Source: an uncultured Fibrobacterota bacterium
GTDB taxonomy: Bacteria; Fibrobacterota; Chitinivibrionia; Chitinivibrionales; FEN-1185
Assembly: GCA_963753345.1 (NCBI GenBank)
Contig: CAVWBU010000026.1
Location: forward strand, 228,398-292,397
Length of the DNA stretch: 64,000 bases
Direction: 5' to 3'
Of the stretch, positions 18,722-28,904 are shown one piece after another (the stretch's first letter is position 1; every line of letters begins with the position of its first letter). The notes below the pieces were generated by a model, which saw nothing but the letters and a program-made list of their open reading frames with translations, made no database searches and had not been told where the DNA came from. The position numbers and the translations under genes were made by a program.

Positions 18722-19495
18722 TCAACCTTCGGCATCGTCGCGGGCTTCCCGCGCGCCTTTCTCCAACCTCGTGATATCGCGGATCGGCAGGCCGCCCAGC
18801 GCGGCGATCACCGATCGGTCCGGAATCTGCTTGTTCTTCCGGATGAACGAGTACTGTCCGATGACGCAATTTCTTCCGATGGTCACTCCCGGACTTATGT
18901 AGCATTGCTGGCCGATGAAGGTGTTGGCGCCTATCTTTACCGGCTGCAACAGCAGGAAGCCATGCTCAAACGTGTGACAGGAGATGTCGGACTTGCCGCC
19001 GATGATCACGTTGTCGCCGATTTCAAGAAGGTACGCGTCATTGAGAAACCACGTATTGATCGAAACGTTCCTGCCGATTTTCGCACCGATAATCCGGAAA
19101 AACAATGTTGCCAGGAAACTGAGCGGAATTAACTCGAGGATCGTTTTACCTGCCAGGTGATAGATGCCGCTGTACGTGAGCCACCGAATCATGGTGAACG
19201 ACACCATGGGATACCTGCCTGCCTTCATGCCGAGGCTGAGGAGCCGGACCACAACGCTCATCACAATGGTGCCGGAAATGAAATACAGGAATAGCGCAAG
19301 TCCGCAGGCCACCGAAAATGCAAGAACATGGAGCGGCGCACCCTGCGCCAGAATAACCTTCTTCGCCCAGAATACGAGGCAGATCGACGGTGTCAGCGAA
19401 ATACCGATGACTAGCGCGTCTCCGGCGTAGATGACAAGAGTGACAAGCGCCTGAATCAGTTCCGATTTGCCAATGGCGGCAATGACTTTGTTCAT
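18722..19495 (-). CDS. Membrane-anchored hexapeptide-repeat (left-handed beta-helix) acyltransferase
   Basis: GAKIGRNV, IGDNVIIG, VKIGANTFIG and PGVTIGRNCVIG repeats after TM helices. Confidence 0.85.
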   Translation of the reverse strand: MNKVIAAIGKSELIQALVTLVIYAGDALVIGISLTPSICLVFWAKKVILAQGAPLHVLAFSVACGLALFLYFISGTIVMSVVVRLLSLGMKAGRYPMVSFTMIRWLTYSGIYHLAGKTILELIPLSFLATLFFRIIGAKIGRNVSINTWFLNDAYLLEIGDNVIIGGKSDISCHTFEHGFLLLQPVKIGANTFIGQQCYISPGVTIGRNCVIGQYSFIRKNKQIPDRSVIAALGGLPIRDITRLEKGAREARDDAEG

Positions 19496-20881
19496 CACAC
19501 AATCCCTTGGTTCTGGTTTGCGGCAAGCCTGCTTTTGATTTCTGCGTGCTTTGCCGCGTTGATGGGGTAAAACGCAAGGATCGCAAGTCCGGCAGCAATA
19601 AAGGCGAGCGGCAACCCCGCAAGAAGCACGTTGATTCCCCGGATGGCGCTTAAGGATTGGTCGAGCACCGCGCCGCCCGGTGCCTGGGCAAATCCGGTCG
19701 CCGAGAGAACGGCGCCGTTGATTGCTGCGCTTGCGGCCATGCCGAGCTTTTGGACAAAAAACCACAGGCCGTAATAGATGCCCTCATTGCGCCGGCCGGT
19801 CTGCATTTCCCCGTATTCAACCACGTCGGGAATCATGGACCACAGCACGATGAAGAACGACGACAGGCCGATTCCGGAAACTATTGCCAGCGAATAGAAG
19901 ACCCCCTGGCCCGCGGCAAGCCCGATCCGCGAAACGCAAACAAGCCCCGCGGCAAACACCGCCATGCCTGCGAAAAGCGAAACTTTCTTTGATGCCGCCT
20001 TCGAAACCCAGGCCCAGAGTGGCAGCGCGGCGATCGCGGCCATCACCAGCACTCCCATAACGAGGCTCGACTGGAAGTCGCTGCGGAGCCTGAGCGAATA
20101 CTTCACAAAGTAAACGAATATCCCCGATACGCCGGTGGTGGCGATGGTGAGCAGCAGATACGACGAGACCAGGAGCACGAACGGCCTGTTGCGGAAGGCC
20201 GAAAGCCATATCCGGAAGTGGACGCCTTCCGGTTTGTCAACCACCGTGTCGCGGTTGCGCGTTGCGGCAACGGCGGTGAGGCCGCCGCCGAGCATCACCA
20301 CGCCGTACACGCCCGCCATTCCCGGGTACCCGACGTGGGGCAGGCCCGCGAGCAGCTGGGTGGCCCCGGCGCCGATGATCATTGCGAAGAGGGAGAAGAC
20401 CATCCGCACGCCCGTGAGGCTCGTGCGTTCGTGGTAGTCGCGGGTGAGATCGGCGGTCATGCTGCCATAGGGAATATTGTACATGGTGAAGGAAGTGGAG
20501 AACAGAACAAACAGCAGCGAATACACGACGAACTGCACCGATCTGATTTCCGGGAAACCTGAACCACAGCAGGGCGAAGAATATAACAAAGGGGCCGATG
20601 GCGGCAAGCATCCAGAACCGGTGCTTGCCTTGCTTCGACGTCGTGCTGTCGACAATCATTCCCATCACGGGGTCCATGACAGCGTCCCATGCCCTGCCGA
20701 TAAGGAGTACGAGCCCGGCAAGATAGGCCGGCATGCCGACAACCGTGTTGAGGAAATAAAGATAGAAAAAATTGAGGACGTTAAAGGCAAGTCCGGCGAC
20801 AAGATCGCCGGAACCATAGCAAAGTTTTATGCGCAGCGAAAGTGATTCCCTGCCGTGCGGGCCGCCGTCTGCAAGGTTCAT
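19495..20881 (-). pseudogene. Glycoside-pentoside-hexuronide (MelB-like) MFS symporter with one frameshift near 20542
   Basis: The N-terminal part (YGSGD..GRAWDAVMDPVMG..D.T.SK.GK) and the C-terminal part (NIPYGSM, ERTSLTG.R, PDVVEY, RNEGIYYG) are in different frames. May be a sequencing indel. Confidence 0.8.
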
Positions 20882-20885
20882 GGCC

Positions 20886-21776
20886 CTATTCCTTTGGTAC
20901 AAAGGCGTCCGCAAGCCGGAAATCGGCGCCGAGCATGCAGCCGACAAAGTACCTGTGGTTAAAAAGCGGATCCTGCGGATAGAAACCGACGGTCACCGCC
21001 GCAAAGGTGGATTTGAGGGCCGGGCGCGTCGGCTTGACAATTGCAATTGCGCACAGCCGTTGCGACCGGAGCGCCGTCCCCGTCACGTACGCGAAGCGGT
21101 ACGTGGCGCCGGCCAGAAGCCAGGGCGAGCATTCGGCGAGAAGATATGCTTCGTTGATGACGTCGAGATCGTTCGTGCGGTGCGGCAGGTACGAGCGCAC
21201 CTCGAGGAAATACCCGGTGCCGTTGATGCCCAGCTGGTTCACCGTCACGGTGTTGAGCGCGACAAGCCGCCAGAGTTTCGCCTTGAGGGTGGGAGCCACC
21301 GAAATCCAGTATCCGCGGGCGTTGTCCGGCGTAAGCTTCCGTTGCGCGTCCGGCCCGTACGCGTCCTTTGGAGACCCGAGCCTGAAACACCCGTAGCCGA
21401 GCAGGTTGTACATGTCGTATACGCCCGCCTTGCACACCAGTTCGAAAAACGCCACCGGCTCCATGCTGACCCGCCCGGACGCCACATTGTCGGCAGGCGT
21501 CCATTCGTTTTGCACCCCGCCCGCGATGTTTGTGGATTCCCAGAGAAGGCCCGGTTTCTTGACAAGAGGAAGTCTCCCGAAAAGCCTGCTGTCGAGAATG
21601 ACGCCCAGCGGATTGAGCGAAGCGCCTATGGACTGGCTGAAGAACAGCCCATCATCGGTTTTCTGGGCAATGGCTGCCGAGGCGACAACAAGGATAAAGA
21701 GCGCGGCAACTGCTCCGGAAATGCTGGAAGAATTTGTGTTCAGGGGATCCGAACGTGCGGTGCGATTGGATTGCAT
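20886..21776 (-). CDS. Hypothetical exported or outer-membrane protein
   Basis: Signal-like segment and beta-strand-rich body; in an operon with the MFS gene. Start uncertain. Confidence 0.6.
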   Translation of the reverse strand: MQSNRTARSDPLNTNSSSISGAVAALFILVVASAAIAQKTDDGLFFSQSIGASLNPLGVILDSRLFGRLPLVKKPGLLWESTNIAGGVQNEWTPADNVASGRVSMEPVAFFELVCKAGVYDMYNLLGYGCFRLGSPKDAYGPDAQRKLTPDNARGYWISVAPTLKAKLWRLVALNTVTVNQLGINGTGYFLEVRSYLPHRTNDLDVINEAYLLAECSPWLLAGATYRFAYVTGTALRSQRLCAIAIVKPTRPALKSTFAAVTVGFYPQDPLFNHRYFVGCMLGADFRLADAFVPKE

Positions 21777-22208
21777 TTCCGGTAAGGTCTTCAAATGACG
21801 TGCCAGAGAGTCCGATGTTGTGCAACGTGTTGTTTCATAAGCGGAAATCCTGCTTTGGCCTGCGTTGCTCGAAAGGCCGATAACTATGCAGGAGCGCAAC
21901 GAGGTGACCGTTATGTGCAATTCCGCAACCGAATCTTCAGAAAGACCTAGAACGGATGTGCGAAACGGCCGAACTTCCCTACGTATCCCTTGTTGAACGC
22001 AGGAACGGTTCCTGGAGTATCTTCTCCCTTTTGCTCACCAATAATATAGTCTTCGCTCGTCTGCTTTGCACATGCGAAAGCGGAAAACCTGGCGATCGAG
22101 GCCTGCCGCATGTTATTTCTAAAACATGGCGCGGTTCGGAGACCCCGCCGTCGCCGCGAAAACGGACGTGCCGGGGCGGACACCATTTGCTAGGGGAGAC
22201 AAGCCGGC

Positions 22209-23237
22209 ATGAACGTTCCAAAAACGATGCTCGCCATGGTGCTGGAAAAACAGGGACGGCGGCTTGTCAAAAGGGAAATACCGGTTCCGTGGCCCGGGCC
22301 GGGCCAGGTCCTGCTTCGCGTGGCCGCGTGCGGCGTATGCCGCACCGACCTGCATATCCTCGACGGCGACCTGCCGGCGCCGGCACTGCCGGTCATCATG
22401 GGACACGAAATCGTGGGGACCGTGGTTGCCGCCGGAGCGAACACCTCGAGGTTCGCCATCGGAGACAGGGTGGGAGTTCCGTGGCTCGGTTCCACCTGTG
22501 GCACGTGCCGATATTGCCGAAGCGGACGCGAGAATCTGTGCGACAAAGCGTGCTTTACAGGATACACCATCAACGGCGGCTACGCTGAATATTCGGCCGC
22601 AGACGAGCGGTTCTGTTTTCCCGTGCCACCGTCGTACGGCGACGCCTCCGCCGCGCCGCTTCTGTGCGCGGGCCTCATCGGCTACCGGTCGTACCGGATG
22701 GTTCCACGGCACGCGCGCGACATCGGGGTGTACGGTTTCGGCGCGGCCGCCCACATCATTACCCAGATCGCGCGTTACGAGGGGAAGAGGATATTCGCTT
22801 TTGTGAAGCCCGGTGACGCCAAGGGCCGAGCGTATGCACGGCGGCGGGGGGCTTTCTGGGCCGGCGGTTCGGACCGGCCGTCGCCGTCGGAGCTTGATGC
22901 GGCGATACTCTTCGCGCCCATCGGGCCGCTCGTGCCCGCCGCGCTCAGGGCGTGCGCGAAAGGAGGCGTCGTGGTGTGCGCCGGGATACACATGACCGAC
23001 ATCCCTTCGTTTCCGTACGGCATTCTCTGGGGCGAACGCGTCGTCCGCTCGGTGGCGAATCTCACCCGGCAGGACGGTGAGGAATTGATGGCGCTTGCCC
23101 CGAAGGTCCCGGTTCAAACGGATTGCACGGTCTTCAACCTTGCAGACGCGAACGCGGCACTGGAAACCCTGAGAAACGGCGCGGTTGACGGCGCGATAGT
23201 CCTCTCAACCGAGGCCGCGCCTACGGGACGTAATTGA
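22209..23237 (+). CDS. Zinc-dependent alcohol dehydrogenase (AdhP-like)
   Basis: CGVCRTDLH, GHEIVG, CGTCRYC..G.ENLC, APLLCAG and YGFGAAAH motifs. Confidence 0.93.
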   Translation: MNVPKTMLAMVLEKQGRRLVKREIPVPWPGPGQVLLRVAACGVCRTDLHILDGDLPAPALPVIMGHEIVGTVVAAGANTSRFAIGDRVGVPWLGSTCGTCRYCRSGRENLCDKACFTGYTINGGYAEYSAADERFCFPVPPSYGDASAAPLLCAGLIGYRSYRMVPRHARDIGVYGFGAAAHIITQIARYEGKRIFAFVKPGDAKGRAYARRRGAFWAGGSDRPSPSELDAAILFAPIGPLVPAALRACAKGGVVVCAGIHMTDIPSFPYGILWGERVVRSVANLTRQDGEELMALAPKVPVQTDCTVFNLADANAALETLRNGAVDGAIVLSTEAAPTGRN

Positions 23238-23607
23238 TTATGGTGGTGCCTTGGAACTGGAAGGCATTCTGGTAGGTTGAATTCTCGGTGACCGCAGGAT
23301 CAACAAACGAGGCCACGTTTTCATTCTTGCCCGCGCTCTGCATGATCATAGGCGGGAAAGCCGGGCGCTGATCGGCCTTGATGAGAACCATCTGGGGACG
23401 ACGGATTTTTCCTTCGATCTTCTGTTCCTCGAAAATTATCCTCTGCACGGCGGCTTTTCCCTTTTCGGGATTCTTGGAAACCGGCGCAGCCTTGTCGTCT
23501 TTCGAAGGAGCGGCGTGTGCGACCAGGAACAGTCCTGCCACGCAGACGGCAGTGAGGCTGAGCCACCGCCTGTTGCGACATCGCGTTTTTCCATGAATCC
23601 TGCTCAT
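23221..23607 (-). CDS. Small exported protein, possibly CglF/GltF-like
   Basis: Signal peptide followed by IIFEEQKIEGKIRRPQ, which resembles the F-x4-IEG-x3-P motif of myxobacterial GltF. Confidence 0.5.
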   Translation of the reverse strand: MSRIHGKTRCRNRRWLSLTAVCVAGLFLVAHAAPSKDDKAAPVSKNPEKGKAAVQRIIFEEQKIEGKIRRPQMVLIKADQRPAFPPMIMQSAGKNENVASFVDPAVTENSTYQNAFQFQGTTIINYVP

Positions 23608-23867
23608 GCCATAAAAGTACGATTTGTTTGGCCGGTTTTCAAGCATAAAAAAACGGGCATGGCCTGTATACACCTTGAATACGGAAAGTGCATTCTTTGC
23701 GCAGTTTTGTCGGGTTTCAGGATGTTTTGTTGTTACATTAGTAGTATACGCTGCTCCATGATTTGTTTCAGAAATAGTGCGCGCGTGGGGGAGGGGCAGG
23801 CCAAGGGGGAGACATAAAGGGATGAGAGCCGGCAGCACGCCGGTCTTTCATCCCTTTCCTTTTTTAA

Positions 23868-23970
23868 CTCACCCCTCCTCGCTTCGCTCGGTTTCCCCTC
23901 TCTATCAAGAGAGGGGATTAAGGGGTGAGTTGTAGATTCTGGATACCTCGAAGCTTGCTTCGGGGTATTT
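23868..23970. repeat. REP-like palindromes (CTCACCCC..CCCTCTC..GAGAGGG..GGGGTGAG, plus CCTCGAAGCTTGCTTCGGGG)
   Basis: Nested inverted repeats; related sequences at about 8555-8640, 27113-27202, 36396-36512 and 53750-53858. Confidence 0.65.
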
Positions 23971-24001
23971 CATTTGATGCCGGACAATCCGGGCCGAACG
24001 G

Positions 24002-25888
24002 CTACCGCGCCTGTGCGTGCGCCACGAGGAAGGCGGCTGCAGCCGCGACGAGGAAAATCGCCTCACCGATAAGGAACGAATACAAGACCGTCACCCCTGT
24101 GGTGGTGAACCCGTACGAGTGCATGCCGATCCCCAGCAGGTTCACGCCGATCCACGCGAACATCACCAGCACAAGGCTCAAAATCGCGCCCACGGCGGTT
24201 CCGGTCTGCTTTACCATGCCGGCCCGGCGCGCGTGAAACACCACGGCGCACCACAGAATGATAAGCAGCGCGCCGTTTTCCTTGGGGTCCCATCCCCAGA
24301 ACCTGCCCCAGCTCTGATCCGCCCACATTCCGCCGAGCATGGTGCCGATAAGGGTGAATACCAGGCCGAAGGCAAGCATTCCGTACACGGCATTTGCCGT
24401 GGAGGCGAGCGCTTCATCCGCAGCCTTCAGGAAGAGCTTCTTAACAAGGTACACGTGCCCGATGATGCCTGCGCAGCAGCACCCCGCATAGCCGAGCGTC
24501 ACCGTCATGATATGCGTGGTGAGCCAGAAATTCGAATTGAGCACGGCTGCGATCATTCCCATGGAGTCTTCGCCCACGTTGTACCTGCCCGCAAGGTGAA
24601 GAAAGAAAAACCCGCACAGGGACGAGATGAGAATGCCCAGTGATTTTTTCTGGATGAATTCGAGGACCAGGCCGAGGGCCGCGCACGCCCACGCGACAAA
24701 AAGGAATGTTTCGTAGATCGTGGCGAGCGGCGGACGGTGCAGGATGACGACGCGCGCGACAAGGCCGAACGTGTGCGGCACGAGCGCGCCGCAGACGAGG
24801 GCGAGCGCGAGCGCGGACATCCACCTGCGGGAGACGACGGCTACAAGCAGGAGCGCAAGGAGGGCGGCAAGGCCGTAGAGGATTTTCGCTTTTGAAAAGG
24901 GGTTGATCCGGTTGTACAGCAGTTCCACGGCGGGCGACGGCGCGTGCGCGGTCTGCCGCACCGCAGCTTCAAACGATACCGCGGCAACGGCAAAGCCTTT
25001 GTCGTCGCCCGAAAGGAATGCGGCGCGCATCCCTGCAAGGGACGAGAGATCGGCGCGCGCCTGCGCCTTCTCGCCCGCGTCGAGCATCACCACCCACGGA
25101 CACTGCCACTCTTCGCGTCCGTCAACAAGGCGCGGAATGATGTGAAACGGCTGGTCCCCGCGCGACTGGGTCCAGCGGTTTAGCGCCCTGGAAAGCGACA
25201 GCATGGTCATATCAAAAACCGTCCATCGGTTCCTGTCTTTTTGTTCGGCCGCCGCCGCGGCCTGCGCGATTTTTTCGGCATGGGGCGTGAGATCGTAGAA
25301 GGAGAGCTGCGCCGCTTTCGGGGCGAGGCCCAAAAATGCGCGCGCCGAAGAATCGTTCACGCTGAATTCCGGATACGGCATAAGGAACATGAGCACCGAC
25401 GAAAGCTGCAGGTAGTCCTGCAGGTTGCGCGACACGCGCACCAGTTCGTTTTCGAACTGCGAACGCTCCTTTGCATCCTTCATCTGCGCGGCCCGCGCCA
25501 TGCCGGTGAGCTGGTGATAGCCGCGCTTGATGTCGCTGAAGCTGTACCGCCGACGCTTCTCCGGCGCAACGCCTATTGCGTCGGCCACCTCCGGGTTGTT
25601 GATGAGAAACACCTTGTCGTCGGCTGCGGCGAGCGGCGTGAAGATCACGCGGCCAAGCCATTGCGCGGGCGACATTCCGTGAAATGTCTGGCGGCCGGAA
25701 AACTGGGTAAGCATGGAACGGGCATACGAATCGAGAGGCTTGAGGCGCCCGTTGTCGAGGATCAGGATCGATGCCAGGGCATCGGCCTTCGCGCATGCAA
25801 CGGAAGCGTTTTCGCCATGCGCCGCCGGCGCGAGCAGTGCCAGCGCAACAATCGCGGCGGCAGGGAATCTGCCGAGGAAGGCGCTCAT
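24002..25888 (-). CDS. ccsA: Cytochrome c biogenesis system II protein CcsA (large, with a periplasmic domain)
   Basis: GGMWADQSWGRFWGWDPKE WWD motif, GRLKPLDS, WLTTH and GMHSY. Confidence 0.93.
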   Translation of the reverse strand: MSAFLGRFPAAAIVALALLAPAAHGENASVACAKADALASILILDNGRLKPLDSYARSMLTQFSGRQTFHGMSPAQWLGRVIFTPLAAADDKVFLINNPEVADAIGVAPEKRRRYSFSDIKRGYHQLTGMARAAQMKDAKERSQFENELVRVSRNLQDYLQLSSVLMFLMPYPEFSVNDSSARAFLGLAPKAAQLSFYDLTPHAEKIAQAAAAAEQKDRNRWTVFDMTMLSLSRALNRWTQSRGDQPFHIIPRLVDGREEWQCPWVVMLDAGEKAQARADLSSLAGMRAAFLSGDDKGFAVAAVSFEAAVRQTAHAPSPAVELLYNRINPFSKAKILYGLAALLALLLVAVVSRRWMSALALALVCGALVPHTFGLVARVVILHRPPLATIYETFLFVAWACAALGLVLEFIQKKSLGILISSLCGFFFLHLAGRYNVGEDSMGMIAAVLNSNFWLTTHIMTVTLGYAGCCCAGIIGHVYLVKKLFLKAADEALASTANAVYGMLAFGLVFTLIGTMLGGMWADQSWGRFWGWDPKENGALLIILWCAVVFHARRAGMVKQTGTAVGAILSLVLVMFAWIGVNLLGIGMHSYGFTTTGVTVLYSFLIGEAIFLVAAAAAFLVAHAQAR

Positions 25889-27042
25889 GCCGCCCCCTGT
25901 TTACGAATGTGCAAAACAAGCTTGACGCCGAAATGGAGCACAAGGCCCAAGGCCATGAGCAGTCCGGCGACGTAGGGGAGCCACTTGCCCTGGTTTTCCA
26001 CCACCGCAAGGGTCGACGACTGCCGGCCGTTGCTTTGCGAATACGACGATTGATAAAAGGTATACTGCCGGTATCTAAACGGCTTGTTCATGGAGATCAC
26101 CGCCTCGCGGTCGATGTCGGGCCCTTTTGCGTGAATGGTGCTGCTGAACTGCCGCGCCGTCTGCGTACCGGCGTAGTCTTCCTTGACAAATTTTACAAGC
26201 GTGATCGCAAGCGGAAGCGGTTGCGGTTTGCGTCGAACGGAACAGTGCAGCGTGTCGCCGCCGATGGGCACGCGAATCGGATCGGCCGACCCGCCGTACA
26301 GTACCGCGCGTGCAGCAGGGCCGCCGTCCGCCGCAATGGAGATCACTGCGCCGGGAACATTGTCCGCCGGATCCGCCGCAGGTTTCTCAGCCTCTATTGA
26401 ATCGATCAAAAGCGGGATGGCAGTTGCAGGCATGGAATCGGTCATGGCCGAGGGCATGAGCGCGGCGCAGTTCTTGTACACGCTTTCAATTGCAAGCGCT
26501 GCGTCCCGCAGGGCGGAACGGCAGGATTGGCCCGGCCGGAGCGTGTCGAGGCCAACGGCGCAGACCGCCGCTGCCCGGCCGGTTTTCGCGTCTGTCCAGG
26601 TTGCAAGCTGCCAGTCGCGGTAGGAGAGCGCCTGGTCCGACGTTTCACCTTCCCAGAGCGCAAGAAACGTCTCGCGGGCCGTGTACGAAACAATGCCGCC
26701 GCCTATGAGAAGCACGAGTATGCCGCAATGGGTGACGATAAGTCCCGCCTTGGCGGGCCGCCATTGCTGTTTGAAAATCAGAATTGCCGCCTGATTGAGT
26801 ACGAGAGCGCACACGGTGAGACGCACGCCCGGGAATGGAATCATGCCTCCGATCATCACGATCCATGCGGAAAAAAACCGCGCCTTGGCGGCATAGATGC
26901 CGTGGTCCACCTGGTAGAGCGTTCCCCACAGAACGAGGATACAAAGGACGATGAGGCAGACAACGGTTGTGTGAAGAGAGAGAAACAGCGATGAGAAAAT
27001 GTTCGCGGCTGTTGCCGATTTCTTTTTCGCGCCTGTCGTCAT
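25885..27042 (-). CDS. ResB/CcsB-like cytochrome c biogenesis protein
   Basis: GTLYQ, TM His (VTHCG) and ISMNKPFRY..YTFYQSSY; overlaps the ccsA start by 4 bp. Confidence 0.85.
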   Translation of the reverse strand: MTTGAKKKSATAANIFSSLFLSLHTTVVCLIVLCILVLWGTLYQVDHGIYAAKARFFSAWIVMIGGMIPFPGVRLTVCALVLNQAAILIFKQQWRPAKAGLIVTHCGILVLLIGGGIVSYTARETFLALWEGETSDQALSYRDWQLATWTDAKTGRAAAVCAVGLDTLRPGQSCRSALRDAALAIESVYKNCAALMPSAMTDSMPATAIPLLIDSIEAEKPAADPADNVPGAVISIAADGGPAARAVLYGGSADPIRVPIGGDTLHCSVRRKPQPLPLAITLVKFVKEDYAGTQTARQFSSTIHAKGPDIDREAVISMNKPFRYRQYTFYQSSYSQSNGRQSSTLAVVENQGKWLPYVAGLLMALGLVLHFGVKLVLHIRKQGAA

Positions 27043-27112
27043 GACAATACTGCTGCCAAGCCTTTTCTGTTCAACAAGGTAAACCCTTGCCTTGGTGGAT
27101 TCTTGTAGCCGC

Positions 27113-27277
27113 ATCCCCTGTCCCCTTCTCCCACAAGGAGAAGGGGGTTGGATGAATCTTTTGTCAAGCCCCTCTCCTGCGGGAGAGGGGATGGGGTGAG
27201 GTCAAAGGAAACAAGCGATGTCATGAGGCACGCTTCAAGGGTGCTCAATTAGTGACCCCCGCTATGGCGGGGGGATT
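27113..27277. repeat. REP-like palindromic cluster
   Basis: CCCCTTCTCC..GGAGAAGGGG, CCCTCTCC..GGAGAGGG..GGGGTGAGG and CCCCCGCTATGGCGGGGG hairpins. Confidence 0.6.
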
Positions 27278-27301
27278 CTTTATTTCAAGCGCGGGAAGAA
27301 A

Positions 27302-28762
27302 TCACCGCATGACGGCCGCGGCCGACGACGCCTCCAGATTGCCGTCTGTCAACACTATCCTGTACACTCCCGACCCAAGCCCGGTCCCTGCCAGCGAAAA
27401 GGCATTTGATCCGGACCGCATCGACCTGACCCTGGAAGTGAGGTCGAGCGCCAGCCTGCCGTTTGCGGAAAAGATTTTCAGCGATGCGGCCGATGGATGA
27501 ACGAGCCTGAGCGTTACCACGGCTCCGTGAACCGACAGACCGTCCGTGTTCTTCATTAGAACGGGCGCAGATGGAAGAACCGACGTGTTGCCGGTTGCGC
27601 GGAGATACATCTCGTATCCCGCCTGCAGAAAAGCGCCTTCGCCCTCGGGCGAGGAGTTGTTGACGTCTGCGCTCAGATCGGCCCGCGGCATCCAGTCCAC
27701 ATGCTGACAGCGCATGAGCCTGCCGTCGGAGCCGATGTTCTTGACTAAATCCCGCCAGGCCTTGTTGATAACTGGATTATAAATCGCGGAATCCAGAAGG
27801 CCGTTTCGCACCCCCCACGCCATTGCAAAGCAGAAGAAAGCCGAACCGCTGGTTTCGGGGAACGGGTAATCAGGATGATCGAGCATGCATGTGGTCCAGA
27901 GGCCGTCGAACGATGTGTTATTAAATCCCTGTTCAGTCTTGATTGCCGCGCACATGTCCTGGAATTGGCTGACGAACTGCGGACGGTTCATGTAGGTCTT
28001 CGGCATATGGTCAAGTATTCTCGCCATTCCGCCGATCACCCAGGCTTCCCCGCAGGACCAGAACATCGGTTTGCCGTTTGGGCAGACATTTTTGGGCGGG
28101 ATAAATCCTCCATCCCTGTAATAAAATTTGTAGGTATTGTTATAGAGCGAGTCCGCGACCAGTCCCCACCAGTTGTTCAGGGAATCCAGATATTTCGGCT
28201 GATTGGCTGCTTGACAATAAAGGACAATGGCGGGAGGAGCCATGTAAAGCGCGTCGCACCACCACCAGCAGGTTTTCGGGTTCAGGTGTGACCCGAACAG
28301 GTTCGCCAGGTTTTGTGCGGTGTTGGCAATCATGTAGTTGTTCGCGGTTACCGGGTTGAGAAGGTAGATTTCGGTGTAGGTCTGCGTACAGCAGATATTG
28401 TCCGCAGTTGTTGTGTTCACACCGTTCCAGGGCAGCCAAGTGAAATACGTTGCCCATCGCTTGGCGAAATTGAGATATGCCGTGTCCTGCGAGGTGTAGT
28501 ACATTGCCATGAGCCCGGTCATGAACGAGCCGACATCCCAGTCGTTTCCCTGGTTGGCCCCGTCGTACGGGTTCGGTTGATCGCCCTTGCCGGCGGACGT
28601 GTGATTATACAGGTTGGCAATGTCGGCGTAGGTCATCCGGTAATGAGCGACCCGTTTCATGACATTCACGATGCTGTCTGCGTCGAATTCGGTAAGAGCG
28701 AAGGATGGATGAACAGCTAGGACGATTCCTGCCAGCAACAGCACGATACCGTGTGATTTCAT
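27302..28762 (-). CDS. Secreted GH105/GH88-like (alpha/alpha)6 unsaturated glycuronyl hydrolase with a C-terminal sorting tail
   Basis: ADNICC.Q, WWWCDALYMAPP, ETSGSAFF..AWG and GAFLQA; C-terminus ..LGSGVYRIVL.. Confidence 0.82.
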   Translation of the reverse strand: MKSHGIVLLLAGIVLAVHPSFALTEFDADSIVNVMKRVAHYRMTYADIANLYNHTSAGKGDQPNPYDGANQGNDWDVGSFMTGLMAMYYTSQDTAYLNFAKRWATYFTWLPWNGVNTTTADNICCTQTYTEIYLLNPVTANNYMIANTAQNLANLFGSHLNPKTCWWWCDALYMAPPAIVLYCQAANQPKYLDSLNNWWGLVADSLYNNTYKFYYRDGGFIPPKNVCPNGKPMFWSCGEAWVIGGMARILDHMPKTYMNRPQFVSQFQDMCAAIKTEQGFNNTSFDGLWTTCMLDHPDYPFPETSGSAFFCFAMAWGVRNGLLDSAIYNPVINKAWRDLVKNIGSDGRLMRCQHVDWMPRADLSADVNNSSPEGEGAFLQAGYEMYLRATGNTSVLPSAPVLMKNTDGLSVHGAVVTLRLVHPSAASLKIFSANGRLALDLTSRVRSMRSGSNAFSLAGTGLGSGVYRIVLTDGNLEASSAAAVMR

Positions 28763-28842
28763 GGCGCTTATCTCCTTCGATCAAAAGGAAAAATCCGGCA
28801 ACCCGTATCGGAGAAAATAATGAATAACCGCCGGTTCGGCAG

Positions 28843-28878
28843 AAAAAAAAGCCCGGCCGCTGGGTTCTGCGGCCGGGC
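28843..28878 (-). terminator. Intrinsic terminator
   Basis: On the minus strand GCCCGGCCGC-AGAACCCA-GCGGCCGGGC followed by T8. Confidence 0.85.
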
Positions 28879-28904
28879 ATGCATCATTAGCCACCCAGAC
28901 AGCT

